Shown here: piece after piece, positions 10,127-20,214 of the stretch | Position numbering within the stretch: the stretch's first letter is position 1 | Layout: the number at the start of each line of letters is the position of its first letter | Assembly (NCBI GenBank): GCA_963676795.2 | Contig: CAXXTB010000002.1 | Coordinates: 1,664,001-1,728,000 of the forward strand | DNA length: 64,000 nt | Direction: 5' to 3' | From: Geopsychrobacteraceae bacterium | GTDB lineage: Bacteria; Desulfobacterota; Desulfuromonadia; Desulfuromonadales; Geopsychrobacteraceae | The notes under the pieces: model-generated | What the model was told of the DNA's origin: nothing | The model's database searches: none | The model's input: the letters and a program-made list of their open reading frames with translations, nothing else | Made by a program: the position numbers and the translations under genes

Positions 10127-10663
10127 TCAAAAAAAGACCATACTGAAATAGGTGACGGTTTTTGGACCGTTATAGTACTTGATCTGACACTCCTTGGCCA
10201 CGCGCATCACCAGGATACCGTACCCTTCCGCGGCCGGGTACATCCGTTCAGGAAAGCGGCATGGAGCGTCAGGATAGGTGCATGATTCACAGATTTCACA
10301 AGCACCTGCAGAAAGGACAAGGGCTTCAGGATTCTGCGCCCTGAAAAGCGTTGCGATCTGATCCGTCACCTTTTCATGTTCCTTGGCCGCCGTGGCCCAA
10401 CCGTCCATATCATAGGTCTTTTTCAGCTGTGCTACAGTAGAGAAGACAAACATCTGATCGTAAGCCAGGCATTTATTTTTACAGTCCTCAAGGCTTCCTG
10501 ATGCCGGTTGACAGGCCCATGACACCCCGTATTTGCCACATTTGTTCTGTTGGCACATTGAGCGAACCTCTTCGAGAAAGGTCACAGCTGAAGGCTCAAG
10601 AAAGGCATATTCATGAATCGGCAGATTTTCGATTTCCTGCAGGATATTGGCTTTAATAGACAT
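10127..10663 (-). CDS. DUF2284-like Cys-rich predicted metal-binding protein
   Basis: CxxxxCGKYGxSWAC and GACEICESCTYPDAPCRFP...EGYGI pattern. Confidence 0.75.
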   Translation of the reverse strand: MSIKANILQEIENLPIHEYAFLEPSAVTFLEEVRSMCQQNKCGKYGVSWACQPASGSLEDCKNKCLAYDQMFVFSTVAQLKKTYDMDGWATAAKEHEKVTDQIATLFRAQNPEALVLSAGACEICESCTYPDAPCRFPERMYPAAEGYGILVMRVAKECQIKYYNGPKTVTYFSMVFF

Positions 10664-10707
10664 CGTTAGTGCTCACTTTGCTACCAGTATTTGACTGGCA
10701 CGACGAA

Positions 10708-11307
10708 TTAGAGTTCTACTCCGATGCTCTTCAGCACGCAGAGCTTCTCATTTTTATAAAAATTCACATGGGTCAAAGACTGGTAACCGATCGACAAGCG
10801 ATAGAAGAGATACGGATTCTCCCAGCCGATATTCAGGATATGAGCGATCAACAGACGGATGGTTCCACCGTGCAAGACAATCAGCGTATCCTGGTCCACA
10901 GATTCCAGGCATCTATCCCAGGCCGACGCCACCCTCCGATAAGCTTGGTCGAGAGGCTCGGCGTCGGGGAGAGGATTTTCAACCGGGTTCTCCCAGAAGG
11001 CATCTAAAACCTCTCTCTGCTCCACCAGCTGGTCAAAGGGGCTGCCGTCATAGAGACCGAAATGAAGCTCCCTGAGATCCGGCTCAAGATCAACCTTAAG
11101 AGCAGGATTGCGCGTTGCCAACATGTCAGCCAGTTGCCGACAACGCTGCAGCGGCGAGGTAATGATTCGGGAATATGAGAAATCGCAACGGGATAACCGC
11201 TCAGCGATTTCTTCCTGAACCGCTATGGACACCGGCACATCCGTCGAGCCGTTCAATGCCGGAGGGCCTTCTGTCTTACCATGCCTTAAAAGATAAATAT
11301 TATGCAT
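10708..11307 (-). CDS. cobC: Histidine phosphatase, probable alpha-ribazole phosphatase
   Basis: LLRHG, SPLQRC, ELHFG, HGG motifs; cob operon context. Confidence 0.8.
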   Translation of the reverse strand: MHNIYLLRHGKTEGPPALNGSTDVPVSIAVQEEIAERLSRCDFSYSRIITSPLQRCRQLADMLATRNPALKVDLEPDLRELHFGLYDGSPFDQLVEQREVLDAFWENPVENPLPDAEPLDQAYRRVASAWDRCLESVDQDTLIVLHGGTIRLLIAHILNIGWENPYLFYRLSIGYQSLTHVNFYKNEKLCVLKSIGVEL

Positions 11308-11384
11308 TACAGCAGCCTACAGACGGTTGTTAATGTTTTGCATGAGCTGTATAGCCAGTTGAGGTTTCAGTGATCCATGTGCTA

Positions 11385-12155
11385 TCACCGATCCAGACTC
11401 GCTACGGCCCTGACAACAGCAGCGACATCTGAACAGATCAGATGTTGCTGCGTATAAACGGCAGGACGCCTTATCAACACAACCTGGCAGGATTCGAGCC
11501 TGGCGGCTTCAAGTTTTTCGTCAACTCCACCACGCGTTCCGCTGTCCTTGGTCACCATCACCTTAATGCCAAACTTTTTTATCAGCGACCGATTCTGTTC
11601 GATTGTAAATGGACCACGCTCTGCGATCCGATAACGGTCTTCAAGTCCGGCCGCGTCACAAGCTTCAAGCGATTCCGAATGCGGCAGGATCCGCGCATAA
11701 ATTGGAAGGCCGGTCTTCCGGGCCATTGCTACATAGGGTTCCAGATGGCGAGAACCGGTTGTTAGCAAAACGGGCAGAGCCAACTTTTCGAGCAGAGCGG
11801 CCGCCTCTTCGTGACTGTCAACTTCGAACAGATTCCGCGCCTCATGATAGTCTCCAAATTGCCGTTGAAAACGGATAAATGCAAGACCTGTCTCACGAAT
11901 CACTGTCACCAGGGTTTCATGCAGCTGCGATGCAAAAGGATGACTGGCATCGATCACCAGGCGAACATTATTTTCTCCAGCCAGGCGTTTGATGGCGGCA
12001 ACATCCAGACGACCGCAACGCCGCCGAATCAACGGGTGATAGCCAACGTCAAGCTCTGCATCGGTCGCAGTTGATACAAGAACCTTATGTCCTGCCTGAG
12101 CGAGTGCTGTGGCAAGTGCTGCCGTTTCAGAGGTTCCGCCAAAGAGCAGGATCAT
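11385..12155 (-). CDS. cbiJ: Cobalt-precorrin-6A reductase
   Basis: ILLFGGTSE, IDASHPFA, LTTGSR, VTKDSG, IRRP. Start moved to MILLFGG. Confidence 0.93.
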   Translation of the reverse strand: MILLFGGTSETAALATALAQAGHKVLVSTATDAELDVGYHPLIRRRCGRLDVAAIKRLAGENNVRLVIDASHPFASQLHETLVTVIRETGLAFIRFQRQFGDYHEARNLFEVDSHEEAAALLEKLALPVLLTTGSRHLEPYVAMARKTGLPIYARILPHSESLEACDAAGLEDRYRIAERGPFTIEQNRSLIKKFGIKVMVTKDSGTRGGVDEKLEAARLESCQVVLIRRPAVYTQQHLICSDVAAVVRAVASLDR

Positions 12156-12201
12156 CGCAGCATCCCGTTGAGATATAAGTGAAAAAACATCGGCTACGCC
12201 C

Positions 12202-13470
12202 CTATTCACCTTGAAGACCGAACAATGTATTTACCGTATCAATATACAGACTGCGGTCTGGATCCATACTCATCTGCTTGAGAATACGTGTCGGATGATG
12301 CAGAATCTTATTGATCAGGGCAGTGGTTCTTTCTTCTATGGTCTGCCTATCAGCTTCGCCGAGCGAACCGATCTGGGCCAGGGTTCTGGCAACTTCCTGA
12401 CGACCGAGCTCTTCAAGGTGAGAACGCAGCGCTACAATCGTCGGCTTGACCTCCAGGGAGGCCAGCCAGGCCGTAAACTGAACGACTTCAGCCGAGATGA
12501 TTTCCTCGGCCCGAAGTGCCTCCTTCTGACGTTCCAACAGATTAGCCTGAACGACACCGTTCAGATCATCGACATCGTAAAGATAAACATGGTTCAGGCT
12601 GTTGACCCCAGGCTCGACATCCCTGGGCACGGCAATATCGATGATAAAGATCGGGCTATAGCGTCGCTTGCGAGCGATCTCCCTGAGCATTTTTTCAGTC
12701 ACGATATAATCCGGTGAGCCGGTAGACGACAGAACGATGTCCGCACTGGCCAACGCCGTTTCCAGATGATCGAAAGGAACGGCGCTGGCGTTAAAACTGT
12801 CCGCCAGCTTCTGTGCCCGGCTGAATGTTCGGTTGATGACCGAAACCTCGGAGACCCCATGCGAGATAAAATGCCTGGCGGCCAGCTCACACATTTCCCC
12901 GGCACCGATCAACAGAACATGTCTGCCAGCAAAGGACTCAAAAACCTTGCGCGCCAGTTCAACGGCAGCAAAGGATATTGATACGGCATGACTGGCAATC
13001 GCTGTCTCACTGCGGACCCGCTTGGCAACTGAAAAGGTCTTATGGAGAAGACGATTCAGAATAGGCCCGGTGCTTTTGGTCTCACAGGCATGACCATAAG
13101 CGCTCTTGATCTGACCGAGAATCTGCGGCTCACCGATGACCATCGAATCAAGGCTTGAAGCGACACGCAGCAGATGGCGAACGGCCTCTTCACCACTCAG
13201 GTCATAGAGATGGGGGGCCAGATCGGCAAAAGGGAGATGATGACAGTCCGCCAGATAGTGCCGCAATGCGTAGATGCCGACATCAGCCTGCGGACAGACC
13301 GCATACAACTCGACACGATTACAGGTTGAGACAATCAATCCCTCGCTGACCGCTGGCAGAGCCAATAGCTCCTGCAACGACTGCTCTATCCGGCTTGGGT
13401 CAAAAGCGACTTTCTCCCTGATTTCGACCGGAGCCGTTTTATGACTGAGTCCTACGACGACAATTTCCAT
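12202..13470 (-). CDS. hemA: Glutamyl-tRNA reductase
   Basis: GLSHKTAPVEIRE, STCNRVE, GEPQILGQ, IGAGEM, DIAVPRDV. Confidence 0.97.
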   Translation of the reverse strand: MEIVVVGLSHKTAPVEIREKVAFDPSRIEQSLQELLALPAVSEGLIVSTCNRVELYAVCPQADVGIYALRHYLADCHHLPFADLAPHLYDLSGEEAVRHLLRVASSLDSMVIGEPQILGQIKSAYGHACETKSTGPILNRLLHKTFSVAKRVRSETAIASHAVSISFAAVELARKVFESFAGRHVLLIGAGEMCELAARHFISHGVSEVSVINRTFSRAQKLADSFNASAVPFDHLETALASADIVLSSTGSPDYIVTEKMLREIARKRRYSPIFIIDIAVPRDVEPGVNSLNHVYLYDVDDLNGVVQANLLERQKEALRAEEIISAEVVQFTAWLASLEVKPTIVALRSHLEELGRQEVARTLAQIGSLGEADRQTIEERTTALINKILHHPTRILKQMSMDPDRSLYIDTVNTLFGLQGE

Positions 13471-13550
13471 GAACTTAAGTAAATCCTGGGCAACTTAAAA
13501 ACCAGCCGTGCAGCACAGTCATTCCTCAACTGTGCCGCACGAAGACTGAA

Positions 13551-14273
13551 TTATTTATAATAGCCCCTTGGGGTCACCATTCTGCCTTCAATGATCTCGG
13601 TGGTACTGCTGCCGATGATCACAATCGAATTCATGCCGATCTCTTCATCCAGAAAATGCTCCAGATCGGAGATGACGACCTGCTGTTCCTCCCGGCTTGC
13701 CGCCGTGACGATTCCGACCGGGGTTGTGGGCGGTCTCTGTTCTCCGAAAATAGCGGCAGCTTCATCGAGATGCTTGATCCGCTTTTTGCTGCGAGGATTA
13801 TAGAGAGAAACGACCATATCGGCCTGAGCAATCGCCTTGAGCCGGTTAACGATCTGCTCCCAGGGAACAAGCAGGTCACTTAAACTGATAATCGCCGAAT
13901 CGAGCATCAACGGCGCGCCCAGTTGTGCAGCGGCGGCATTGGCAGCGCTGACTCCTGGAACCGCTTCGATCTCGACTGTATGTTTTTCCGCAGCAGCCAT
14001 TTCCATGGCCAGGCCGGCCATCCCGTAAATCCCGGCATCACCGGAGGAGATCAGGGAGACGATCTGACCGGCCTCTGCCGCTTCCAGGGCGGCCTTACAG
14101 CGTTCTGACTCCTTCATCATACCAGTCGAAATGGTTTCCTGCCCATCGAGCAGATCCTGAATCTGTTCAATATAGGGGGTGTAACCAACGATCAGCGAGC
14201 TGCTGCGAATGGCATTTTCAGCCCGCACAGTTCTGTCCAGCGGATTGCCTGGCCCTATGCCAACGACGAACAA
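13551..14273 (-). CDS. cbiH: Cobalt-precorrin-3B C17-methyltransferase
   Basis: VGIGPG, SSGDAGIYGMAG, ISLSDLL, LYNPRS, TPRGY. Start uncertain. Confidence 0.93.
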   Translation of the reverse strand: MFVVGIGPGNPLDRTVRAENAIRSSSLIVGYTPYIEQIQDLLDGQETISTGMMKESERCKAALEAAEAGQIVSLISSGDAGIYGMAGLAMEMAAAEKHTVEIEAVPGVSAANAAAAQLGAPLMLDSAIISLSDLLVPWEQIVNRLKAIAQADMVVSLYNPRSKKRIKHLDEAAAIFGEQRPPTTPVGIVTAASREEQQVVISDLEHFLDEEIGMNSIVIIGSSTTEIIEGRMVTPRGYYK

Positions 14274-15034
14274 TTTTCCTTTGCTACTGCTACGGTTATC
14301 CCGTCCAGTGCTTGTTTCCTGACGATTAATGACGTCCTCCTTCCGGCCAATAAAGCCGCTGGCTCGGCAACCGCCGGCAATGCGACTCTGGCACTGACAA
14401 ATTCTGAAGTTTCAAATGCGTTGGGACAATTGCGGATGCTCTCATCGGCAATGATCCGTAGCGGAATATCAAGCTGCTTTGCTGCTTCTATCAAACCGAC
14501 CTCATCGGCCTTGATCCCGGCCGATGCGATGTAACGAACCTGGTCGAGCGCCAGGAGATGATCGTCCAGAACCTGGCGAATGGCCGCAACGATCTCTTCG
14601 GTTCCCTTGCCACGCCGGCAGCCGACGCCGACAATCAGGTCTTTGACCGCTTCTGTGGTCGTTGAAATAACCGGTTCCCCATCGATCAGGTTGGCAACCT
14701 GAACTGCCAGGTCATTAGCGCCGCCTTCATGACCGCTGAGCAAGCTGACCACATGGCGCCCGCCGACATCGGCAACGACCACCGCCGGATCCTTGTATTT
14801 ACTGCTGGGACAGCCCGCCAGAGAGCGGACAACCACACCGCAGGGCGCGACATAGATCAGACCGTCGAAATGCGGGAACAGCTGCGGCGTCAATTCCAGA
14901 ACCCGGGCGAAATGCGTCACCCCTTCAGCGACCACAGCTTCGTGAAGGTAGATTTTCAGGTCAGGAAGCCCCTGCTGAATCTGGCGGCAGACTTTCAGCC
15001 CCTGTTCAGAAAAGGTGACGGCCGCCAGTCTCAT
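14255..15034 (-). CDS. cbiG: Cobalt-precorrin-5A hydrolase
   Basis: KYKDPAVVV, LSGHEGGANDLA, GVGCRRG, VAEPAA. Confidence 0.93.
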   Translation of the reverse strand: MRLAAVTFSEQGLKVCRQIQQGLPDLKIYLHEAVVAEGVTHFARVLELTPQLFPHFDGLIYVAPCGVVVRSLAGCPSSKYKDPAVVVADVGGRHVVSLLSGHEGGANDLAVQVANLIDGEPVISTTTEAVKDLIVGVGCRRGKGTEEIVAAIRQVLDDHLLALDQVRYIASAGIKADEVGLIEAAKQLDIPLRIIADESIRNCPNAFETSEFVSARVALPAVAEPAALLAGRRTSLIVRKQALDGITVAVAKENCSSLA

Positions 15035-15789
15035 GGGTTCTCTCCCTGACGGTAACCATGGGTGAACTGACGATGGTAGAGTTTGGAAACCGGAATATCG
15101 CGTGACAGAGCCTGGCCGACAACGATCATTGCCGTCTTACGGATATCCGCCGATTCAACCTTAGTGGCGATATCCTCGAGGGTGCCGCGGATAATCTGCT
15201 GATCCGGCCAGGAGGCATGGAAAACAACGGCTATTGGACAGTCGCTGCCATAAAAACGGGCCAGTTCCTTCGCCACTTCATCGATTTTATGTACCGACAG
15301 AAACAGGCACAGGGTAGAACGGCTTTGCGCCAGAATATCAAGTTCTTCCTTTTCCGGCATCGGTGTCCGCCCGGAAGTCCGGCTGAGGATGATGGTCTGC
15401 GAAACCTCAGGTGCTGTCAGTTCGGTGTTCAGAGCCGCGGCTGCTGCCTGGAAAGAGCTGACCCCCGGCACGACCTCATATTCAATACCGAGCTCGTCGA
15501 GGCTGTTCATCTGTTCACGGATCGCGCCATAGATGGAAGGATCCCCGGTATGCAGACGGACCAGGTCCTCCCCTTCATCCCTGGCCTGGGCAAAGACCAC
15601 TTCCATATCCTCAAGAGTCATGCCCGCGGAATCGTAGAGTTTTGTTCCTTCTCCACACTGGGCGACGACATCAGGGCTAACCAGAGAACCGGCATAGATG
15701 CAGTAGGTGCAGCTTTTCAGCAGACGCTGGGCCTTAAGGGTCAACAGTTCCGGATCTCCCGGTCCGGCACCGACAAAAAATACCTTCAT
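15031..15789 (-). CDS. cbiF: Cobalt-precorrin-4 C11-methyltransferase
   Basis: GAGPGDPELLT, YAGSLV, RLHTGDPSIYGAIREQ, SKLY. Confidence 0.95.
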   Translation of the reverse strand: MKVFFVGAGPGDPELLTLKAQRLLKSCTYCIYAGSLVSPDVVAQCGEGTKLYDSAGMTLEDMEVVFAQARDEGEDLVRLHTGDPSIYGAIREQMNSLDELGIEYEVVPGVSSFQAAAAALNTELTAPEVSQTIILSRTSGRTPMPEKEELDILAQSRSTLCLFLSVHKIDEVAKELARFYGSDCPIAVVFHASWPDQQIIRGTLEDIATKVESADIRKTAMIVVGQALSRDIPVSKLYHRQFTHGYRQGENP

Positions 15790-16508
15790 GACTTTCCTTC
15801 CGTTTGAATGAGAATAACTGCCAGGTTGCCTGTTTCTGGGCCTTCACCACGCAACCTGCGTAAATCTGTTTCAATGCGCTGGCCAGGCAAACCGGCACGG
15901 GCAATAAAAACCGCATGATCGATCAGATCTTCCTGTTCCAGCAGCTCAATCAGATCAGGCAAGAACTTGCCAATTTTCATCAGCACCAGGGTGCCTCCCG
16001 AGCTGAAGGCCTTACGGACATCATCCACAACCTTGACCGAGGGGATTATGGTCAAAGGTCTGGTTGTGGTTCCCAGAGCGAAATGGGTCAGCGCCGCGGC
16101 ATGAGAAACGGAACTGATCCCCGGGATGATCTCGACAGGGACATCGGACCAGAGATCCTTGAGTGCCTGCAGCAGATAGTAAGATGTTGAGTAAAGTTGC
16201 GGATCCCCCAGGGTGACAAAGGCGATACTTTCACCACCTTTGAGCTGATCGCAGATTTCTTGTGCCGTTGTCTGCCAATGCAGCTTGCGTTGGACAGGAT
16301 TGCGATCCGCCGAAAAGCTCACCTCACGGATCCGTGCTTTGTCTGACGCATGTTGATCAACGACGTCGCGTAACCAGGTTTCCCGGCTCAGATGCGAAGC
16401 CGGAACGTAGATCAGGCTTGCAGTCGACAGAACCCTGGCGGCCTTGAGCGTCAGCAACTCGGGGTCTCCCGGACCGACACCGACGATGGACAAGTTAGCT
16501 ATGGTCAT
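15786..16508 (-). CDS. cbiL: Cobalt-precorrin-2 C20-methyltransferase-like (paralogue A)
   Basis: GVGPGDPELLTLKA, TLGDPQLYST, PGISS, LVLMK. Confidence 0.8.
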   Translation of the reverse strand: MTIANLSIVGVGPGDPELLTLKAARVLSTASLIYVPASHLSRETWLRDVVDQHASDKARIREVSFSADRNPVQRKLHWQTTAQEICDQLKGGESIAFVTLGDPQLYSTSYYLLQALKDLWSDVPVEIIPGISSVSHAAALTHFALGTTTRPLTIIPSVKVVDDVRKAFSSGGTLVLMKIGKFLPDLIELLEQEDLIDHAVFIARAGLPGQRIETDLRRLRGEGPETGNLAVILIQTEGKS

Positions 16509-17143
16509 AACAAGTGGTCTTTCTTCAGCAGAATCAGAATCGTTCGCGAGGCAAACTCCGTCGCCAGCAGTGCATCCGCGCTGACAAAGTGACGAATCCG
16601 TTCAGAATCGAGGGTCAGATCCTCACAGGCAACCAGCAGATAATCCGGACCGCGGCGGTTCAGCAGGTCGGCACACCACTCAATCGCCTCACGGGTTCCG
16701 GCCAGCACGGCAATCTTGTCGAAATGGTCGAGGACCTCATCCGCAACCTGCGGGATCCGGCCGTGAGCACTCAGGGTCAGCGCATCACTCCACTCCAGCG
16801 CCAACCGGGAAAAAGCCAGCTGCAGAGAGCTGATACCAGGGATAACCCGGCAGTTGCCGCGACCAAAGCGGGCAATAACCATACGGGCAAGGCTGTAGAA
16901 CCCTGAATCTCCGCTGACCAGGACGACGATACGTCGGCTTGTGAGATCCTCCATCTGATCCAGGGCCTCGGTCATGACCCCTTTCGCTGCTATGCGCAAC
17001 TGGCCAACGGCAGGAAACAGCTGTAGCAGATGAGGAGCACCAACTAGCACCTCAGCCTGCTCGATCTCTCGCTGAGCAGTTGGGAAGAGGTAATCGGGAT
17101 GTCCCGGACCGCAGCCGACTATGACAATAGGTTGACGCTTCAT
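16505..17143 (-). CDS. cbiE: Cobalt-precorrin-7 C5-methyltransferase, stand-alone (no CbiT domain)
   Basis: VGCGPG, LVSGDSGFYS, PGISSLQLAFSR, SAHGR, CEDLT. Start overlaps cbiD stop. Confidence 0.9.
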   Translation of the reverse strand: MKRQPIVIVGCGPGHPDYLFPTAQREIEQAEVLVGAPHLLQLFPAVGQLRIAAKGVMTEALDQMEDLTSRRIVVLVSGDSGFYSLARMVIARFGRGNCRVIPGISSLQLAFSRLALEWSDALTLSAHGRIPQVADEVLDHFDKIAVLAGTREAIEWCADLLNRRGPDYLLVACEDLTLDSERIRHFVSADALLATEFASRTILILLKKDHLL

Positions 17144-18213
17144 CAAAAAGACCCTGTTCCGTGCAACCAGGTAGCACATTTGTCTGTCTGTCCCAATAGA
17201 TCCCCCTTAAGATCGATCAGGGCAACTGCGATCTCGGCGCTGATATTGAATTCCTGAGAAACTCTATCCCTGATCTTCTCGGCAAGAGCATCAGCAACAA
17301 TCTGGCGCTGGTCAGCGGCAAGCCACTGCATGAAAAACTCCTCGACCGTATTCAATTCGATCTCTGGTGCGCGGCCCGTCAGCTCCTGCGCAAGTCCGAT
17401 AAGAAACGGCAGAGGGCTCGGTGACTGCGATGAATGAGTCTGGAAATGCCCGCAGGGCAGCTTCGCCAATTTTCCTGGATGCCCCAGCAGCAACAGGCGG
17501 TTCAACTTGAGAGCCTGCATTTCATCCAGAACGAAGCCCCATTCGTTACTGACATCGATGATCTGCTCATCGCTGCAGCAGAAATGTTTCCTGGCAGCCC
17601 GGTTGCCCATATGCCCCGGCACCAGGACCAGGTCCCGACACTGGCCGGCCACCGCGACATCGAGAGCACATTTAAGTGCGGCCTTCAGCGCCGGAGAGCT
17701 GAAGGGACGAACCCTGCCGTTGGTGCCGAGAATGGAAATGCCACCATCAATGCCAAGCCGCGGATTAAAGGTCTTGGCCGCAAGCTCCTTTCCTCCGGGC
17801 ACGCTGATCGTGACATCAAAACCACAATCAGAAACTTCCTTCAGGGCCGCCGCAATCTGACGGCGCGGTACCGGATTTATGGCCGGTTCCCCGGGGGGAA
17901 TAGCCAGACCGGGCCGGGTCACGGTACCGACCCCCTCGCCGGCAAAAAAACTGATTTCATGCCTGTTGTTCATAGAGACTCTGACAACAAGAATGGCCTT
18001 GTCGGTGACATCAGGATCGTCGCCAGCATCCTTCATGACCGCAGCCGAGGTCCAGGTCTTGCCGTGCCGGAACTGTCCAACGGGATATGAGATTCGCTCC
18101 CCATCCGGCAGTGCGACCTCTACACTCAACGGAGGAATACCCTCAAGCAGATAGAGGGCTGCTGCCTTGGCCGCAAGAGCGGCACAGGTCCCTGTTGTCA
18201 GACCGTTACGCAT
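17143..18213 (-). CDS. cbiD: Cobalt-precorrin-5B C1-methyltransferase
   Basis: GLTTGTCA, KDAGDDPDVT, PAINPVPR, TFNPRLGIDGGISILGT. Confidence 0.96.
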   Translation of the reverse strand: MRNGLTTGTCAALAAKAAALYLLEGIPPLSVEVALPDGERISYPVGQFRHGKTWTSAAVMKDAGDDPDVTDKAILVVRVSMNNRHEISFFAGEGVGTVTRPGLAIPPGEPAINPVPRRQIAAALKEVSDCGFDVTISVPGGKELAAKTFNPRLGIDGGISILGTNGRVRPFSSPALKAALKCALDVAVAGQCRDLVLVPGHMGNRAARKHFCCSDEQIIDVSNEWGFVLDEMQALKLNRLLLLGHPGKLAKLPCGHFQTHSSQSPSPLPFLIGLAQELTGRAPEIELNTVEEFFMQWLAADQRQIVADALAEKIRDRVSQEFNISAEIAVALIDLKGDLLGQTDKCATWLHGTGSF

Positions 18214-18217
18214 GACT

Positions 18218-18970
18218 CTAGACTTCTTGCCAGGCGCGGGAACCCAGATGAATGATCATCGTTGTCATATAGCCAAGATCCTCAGGCTGCCACTGGCTTA
18301 AATCTCGGACGACCTTCTCATGATCACCCTGCCCACCGGCACTGACGAAGCAGGCCTTGGCCAAAAGCTCTTTACGCTCGAGCAGTTGATAGAGGTCGTC
18401 AAAATGGCTGGCGGCTTTGAACAGAACAAGGGTTTCACAGTGTTCGAGAGCTTCTTCGACAGCTTCAAGATCGGCACCGGACATAATCAGCAATCGATCC
18501 TCCTGCAGAGTCAGTGGCCGGCCGAAATGACTGGCAACCATCTGGAACGCACTGATACCGGGCACCAGGTGAAGACGATCCGCATCGAGCATCTCGCTTA
18601 AGGCTTCAAGCAGATAGGAACTGGTCGCATAGATCAACGGATCACCCAGGGTAATCTGGACAACGGCCTTCCCTTCACGACATAGGGCCTCGGCCTGCTC
18701 AGCCAGTTCTTTCCAGCGCGAACGGGTCTTGTCGTTTTCCCGGGTCATCGGATACTGATTGACGATGATCTGCTGCTTGTCGATAAAATCGCTGACCGCG
18801 CGTAGTGCGATACTTTCCCCGGAACGATTGGACTGCGGCGTAATAATGACATTGGCACTGGCAATCAGGCGTGCCGCACGCAGTGTCAACAGATCGGGAT
18901 CACCCGGGCCAACCCCGACGGCGTAAAAATGTCCGGCCTGAGCTTCGCCCTTATTCACTTGTTTCATCAT
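18218..18970 (-). CDS. cbiL: Cobalt-precorrin-2 C20-methyltransferase-like (paralogue B)
   Basis: GVGPGDPDLLTLRA, YPMTR, TLGDPLIYAT, PGISAF. Confidence 0.82.
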   Translation of the reverse strand: MMKQVNKGEAQAGHFYAVGVGPGDPDLLTLRAARLIASANVIITPQSNRSGESIALRAVSDFIDKQQIIVNQYPMTRENDKTRSRWKELAEQAEALCREGKAVVQITLGDPLIYATSSYLLEALSEMLDADRLHLVPGISAFQMVASHFGRPLTLQEDRLLIMSGADLEAVEEALEHCETLVLFKAASHFDDLYQLLERKELLAKACFVSAGGQGDHEKVVRDLSQWQPEDLGYMTTMIIHLGSRAWQEV

Positions 18971-19001
18971 ACCCTTCTTTCTTGTTAATCAACTCGTAAT
19001 A

Positions 19002-20195
19002 TCAGTGCCACCAGGCCATCAGTCCCAGGGTACAGAGAAGCAAAAACAGCATCCTGATAACCTGAGTGGAAATCGACACGATCACGCCGGGCCTGGCGCC
19101 AAGGATGGCAATATAGGTCGGCAGTGCATGACGAAAAGTCCTGACCGGAGCCGTCACCATCGAACCGAACAGAATCACAATGACGGCCTGGCGGGCGGTT
19201 ATCTGCCCGACATCAATAAAGTTGGCTGCAGCTATCGCGCCGTTGTAGAGGCTTAACGCCTGTGCCGGTATAATGACCAGCGACTCCGGTGGCAGAAACT
19301 CGAAGGTAAACAATCCCGGCATTGTGCTGCCCAGCCACTCGAAAAAACCATAATATTCAAGAAACGCCATAAAAATGAAGGTCGGCAACAGGTAGCTGAG
19401 CAGACGTTTCAGGGTTTTTCGTGAACGAACCCACACGGTGCGCCAGAAACCATTTTTGCTCTGTTTTCTTGACTTAACACCCTGCCCGGCTACCCCGACC
19501 GGTGTGACTCCACCGGTCCAGAAGCGTGCCAGACAGAAGCGTGAAACAAGTAGGGTAATGACAATCTGCAGGACAATCGCCAAAACACGTACACCGAACA
19601 GGGCTGCAGTTGCCTCCCAACCGAATGCGACACCGATCGGCACGACGAAGGTCGGCAGGTGGGCAAACAGGGACAGTGCCGAAACCACATAAACCGAAGT
19701 GTAGAGTTCGCGGTTATTGATACTGCCACTGTCACGTTGACCGATCAGCATGCTGTTGGCAACAGCACCGGACTGAAAGGCCATCAGAAAGGCAGGACCT
19801 GCTTCGCGGTTCAGACGTCCCATCCAGGTCAGAGGACGGGTGAAGATCGCCAGCAGGCGCATGGTTCCTGAGACCTCGAGGATCTGGCCAATCAGGATCC
19901 CGATACTGATGATGATCGCCAGTTCCAGCAGTAACATCCCCTTGCGCGGCCAGAACGATAGCTTCATCTTCCAACGTTCGAACGAAGAGAAACTGCTGTG
20001 CTTCTTTTTCTCAGCCTCCAGGGCCTGCCCGGTCTTCCCTTCCGGTTTGAAACGTTTCTGCGGGCTTTCGACAGACGTGCCCTGAGAAGACTGGACTGTC
20101 TCCGTAGCTTGCTGCGGAGGGCTTTGCGCATAAAGCCCCCCGCTGTAGAGACAACTGAGCAATATCAGGACTATTGTCAGTGAACGAAACTTCAT
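19002..20195 (-). CDS. Multi-pass membrane protein, Gate/nucleoside-recognition-domain like
   Basis: Signal-like N-terminus then two hydrophobic repeats; family assignment by resemblance only. Confidence 0.6.
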   Translation of the reverse strand: MKFRSLTIVLILLSCLYSGGLYAQSPPQQATETVQSSQGTSVESPQKRFKPEGKTGQALEAEKKKHSSFSSFERWKMKLSFWPRKGMLLLELAIIISIGILIGQILEVSGTMRLLAIFTRPLTWMGRLNREAGPAFLMAFQSGAVANSMLIGQRDSGSINNRELYTSVYVVSALSLFAHLPTFVVPIGVAFGWEATAALFGVRVLAIVLQIVITLLVSRFCLARFWTGGVTPVGVAGQGVKSRKQSKNGFWRTVWVRSRKTLKRLLSYLLPTFIFMAFLEYYGFFEWLGSTMPGLFTFEFLPPESLVIIPAQALSLYNGAIAAANFIDVGQITARQAVIVILFGSMVTAPVRTFRHALPTYIAILGARPGVIVSISTQVIRMLFLLLCTLGLMAWWH

Positions 20196-20214
20196 ATGGA
20201 ACCGAGCATCTTTC

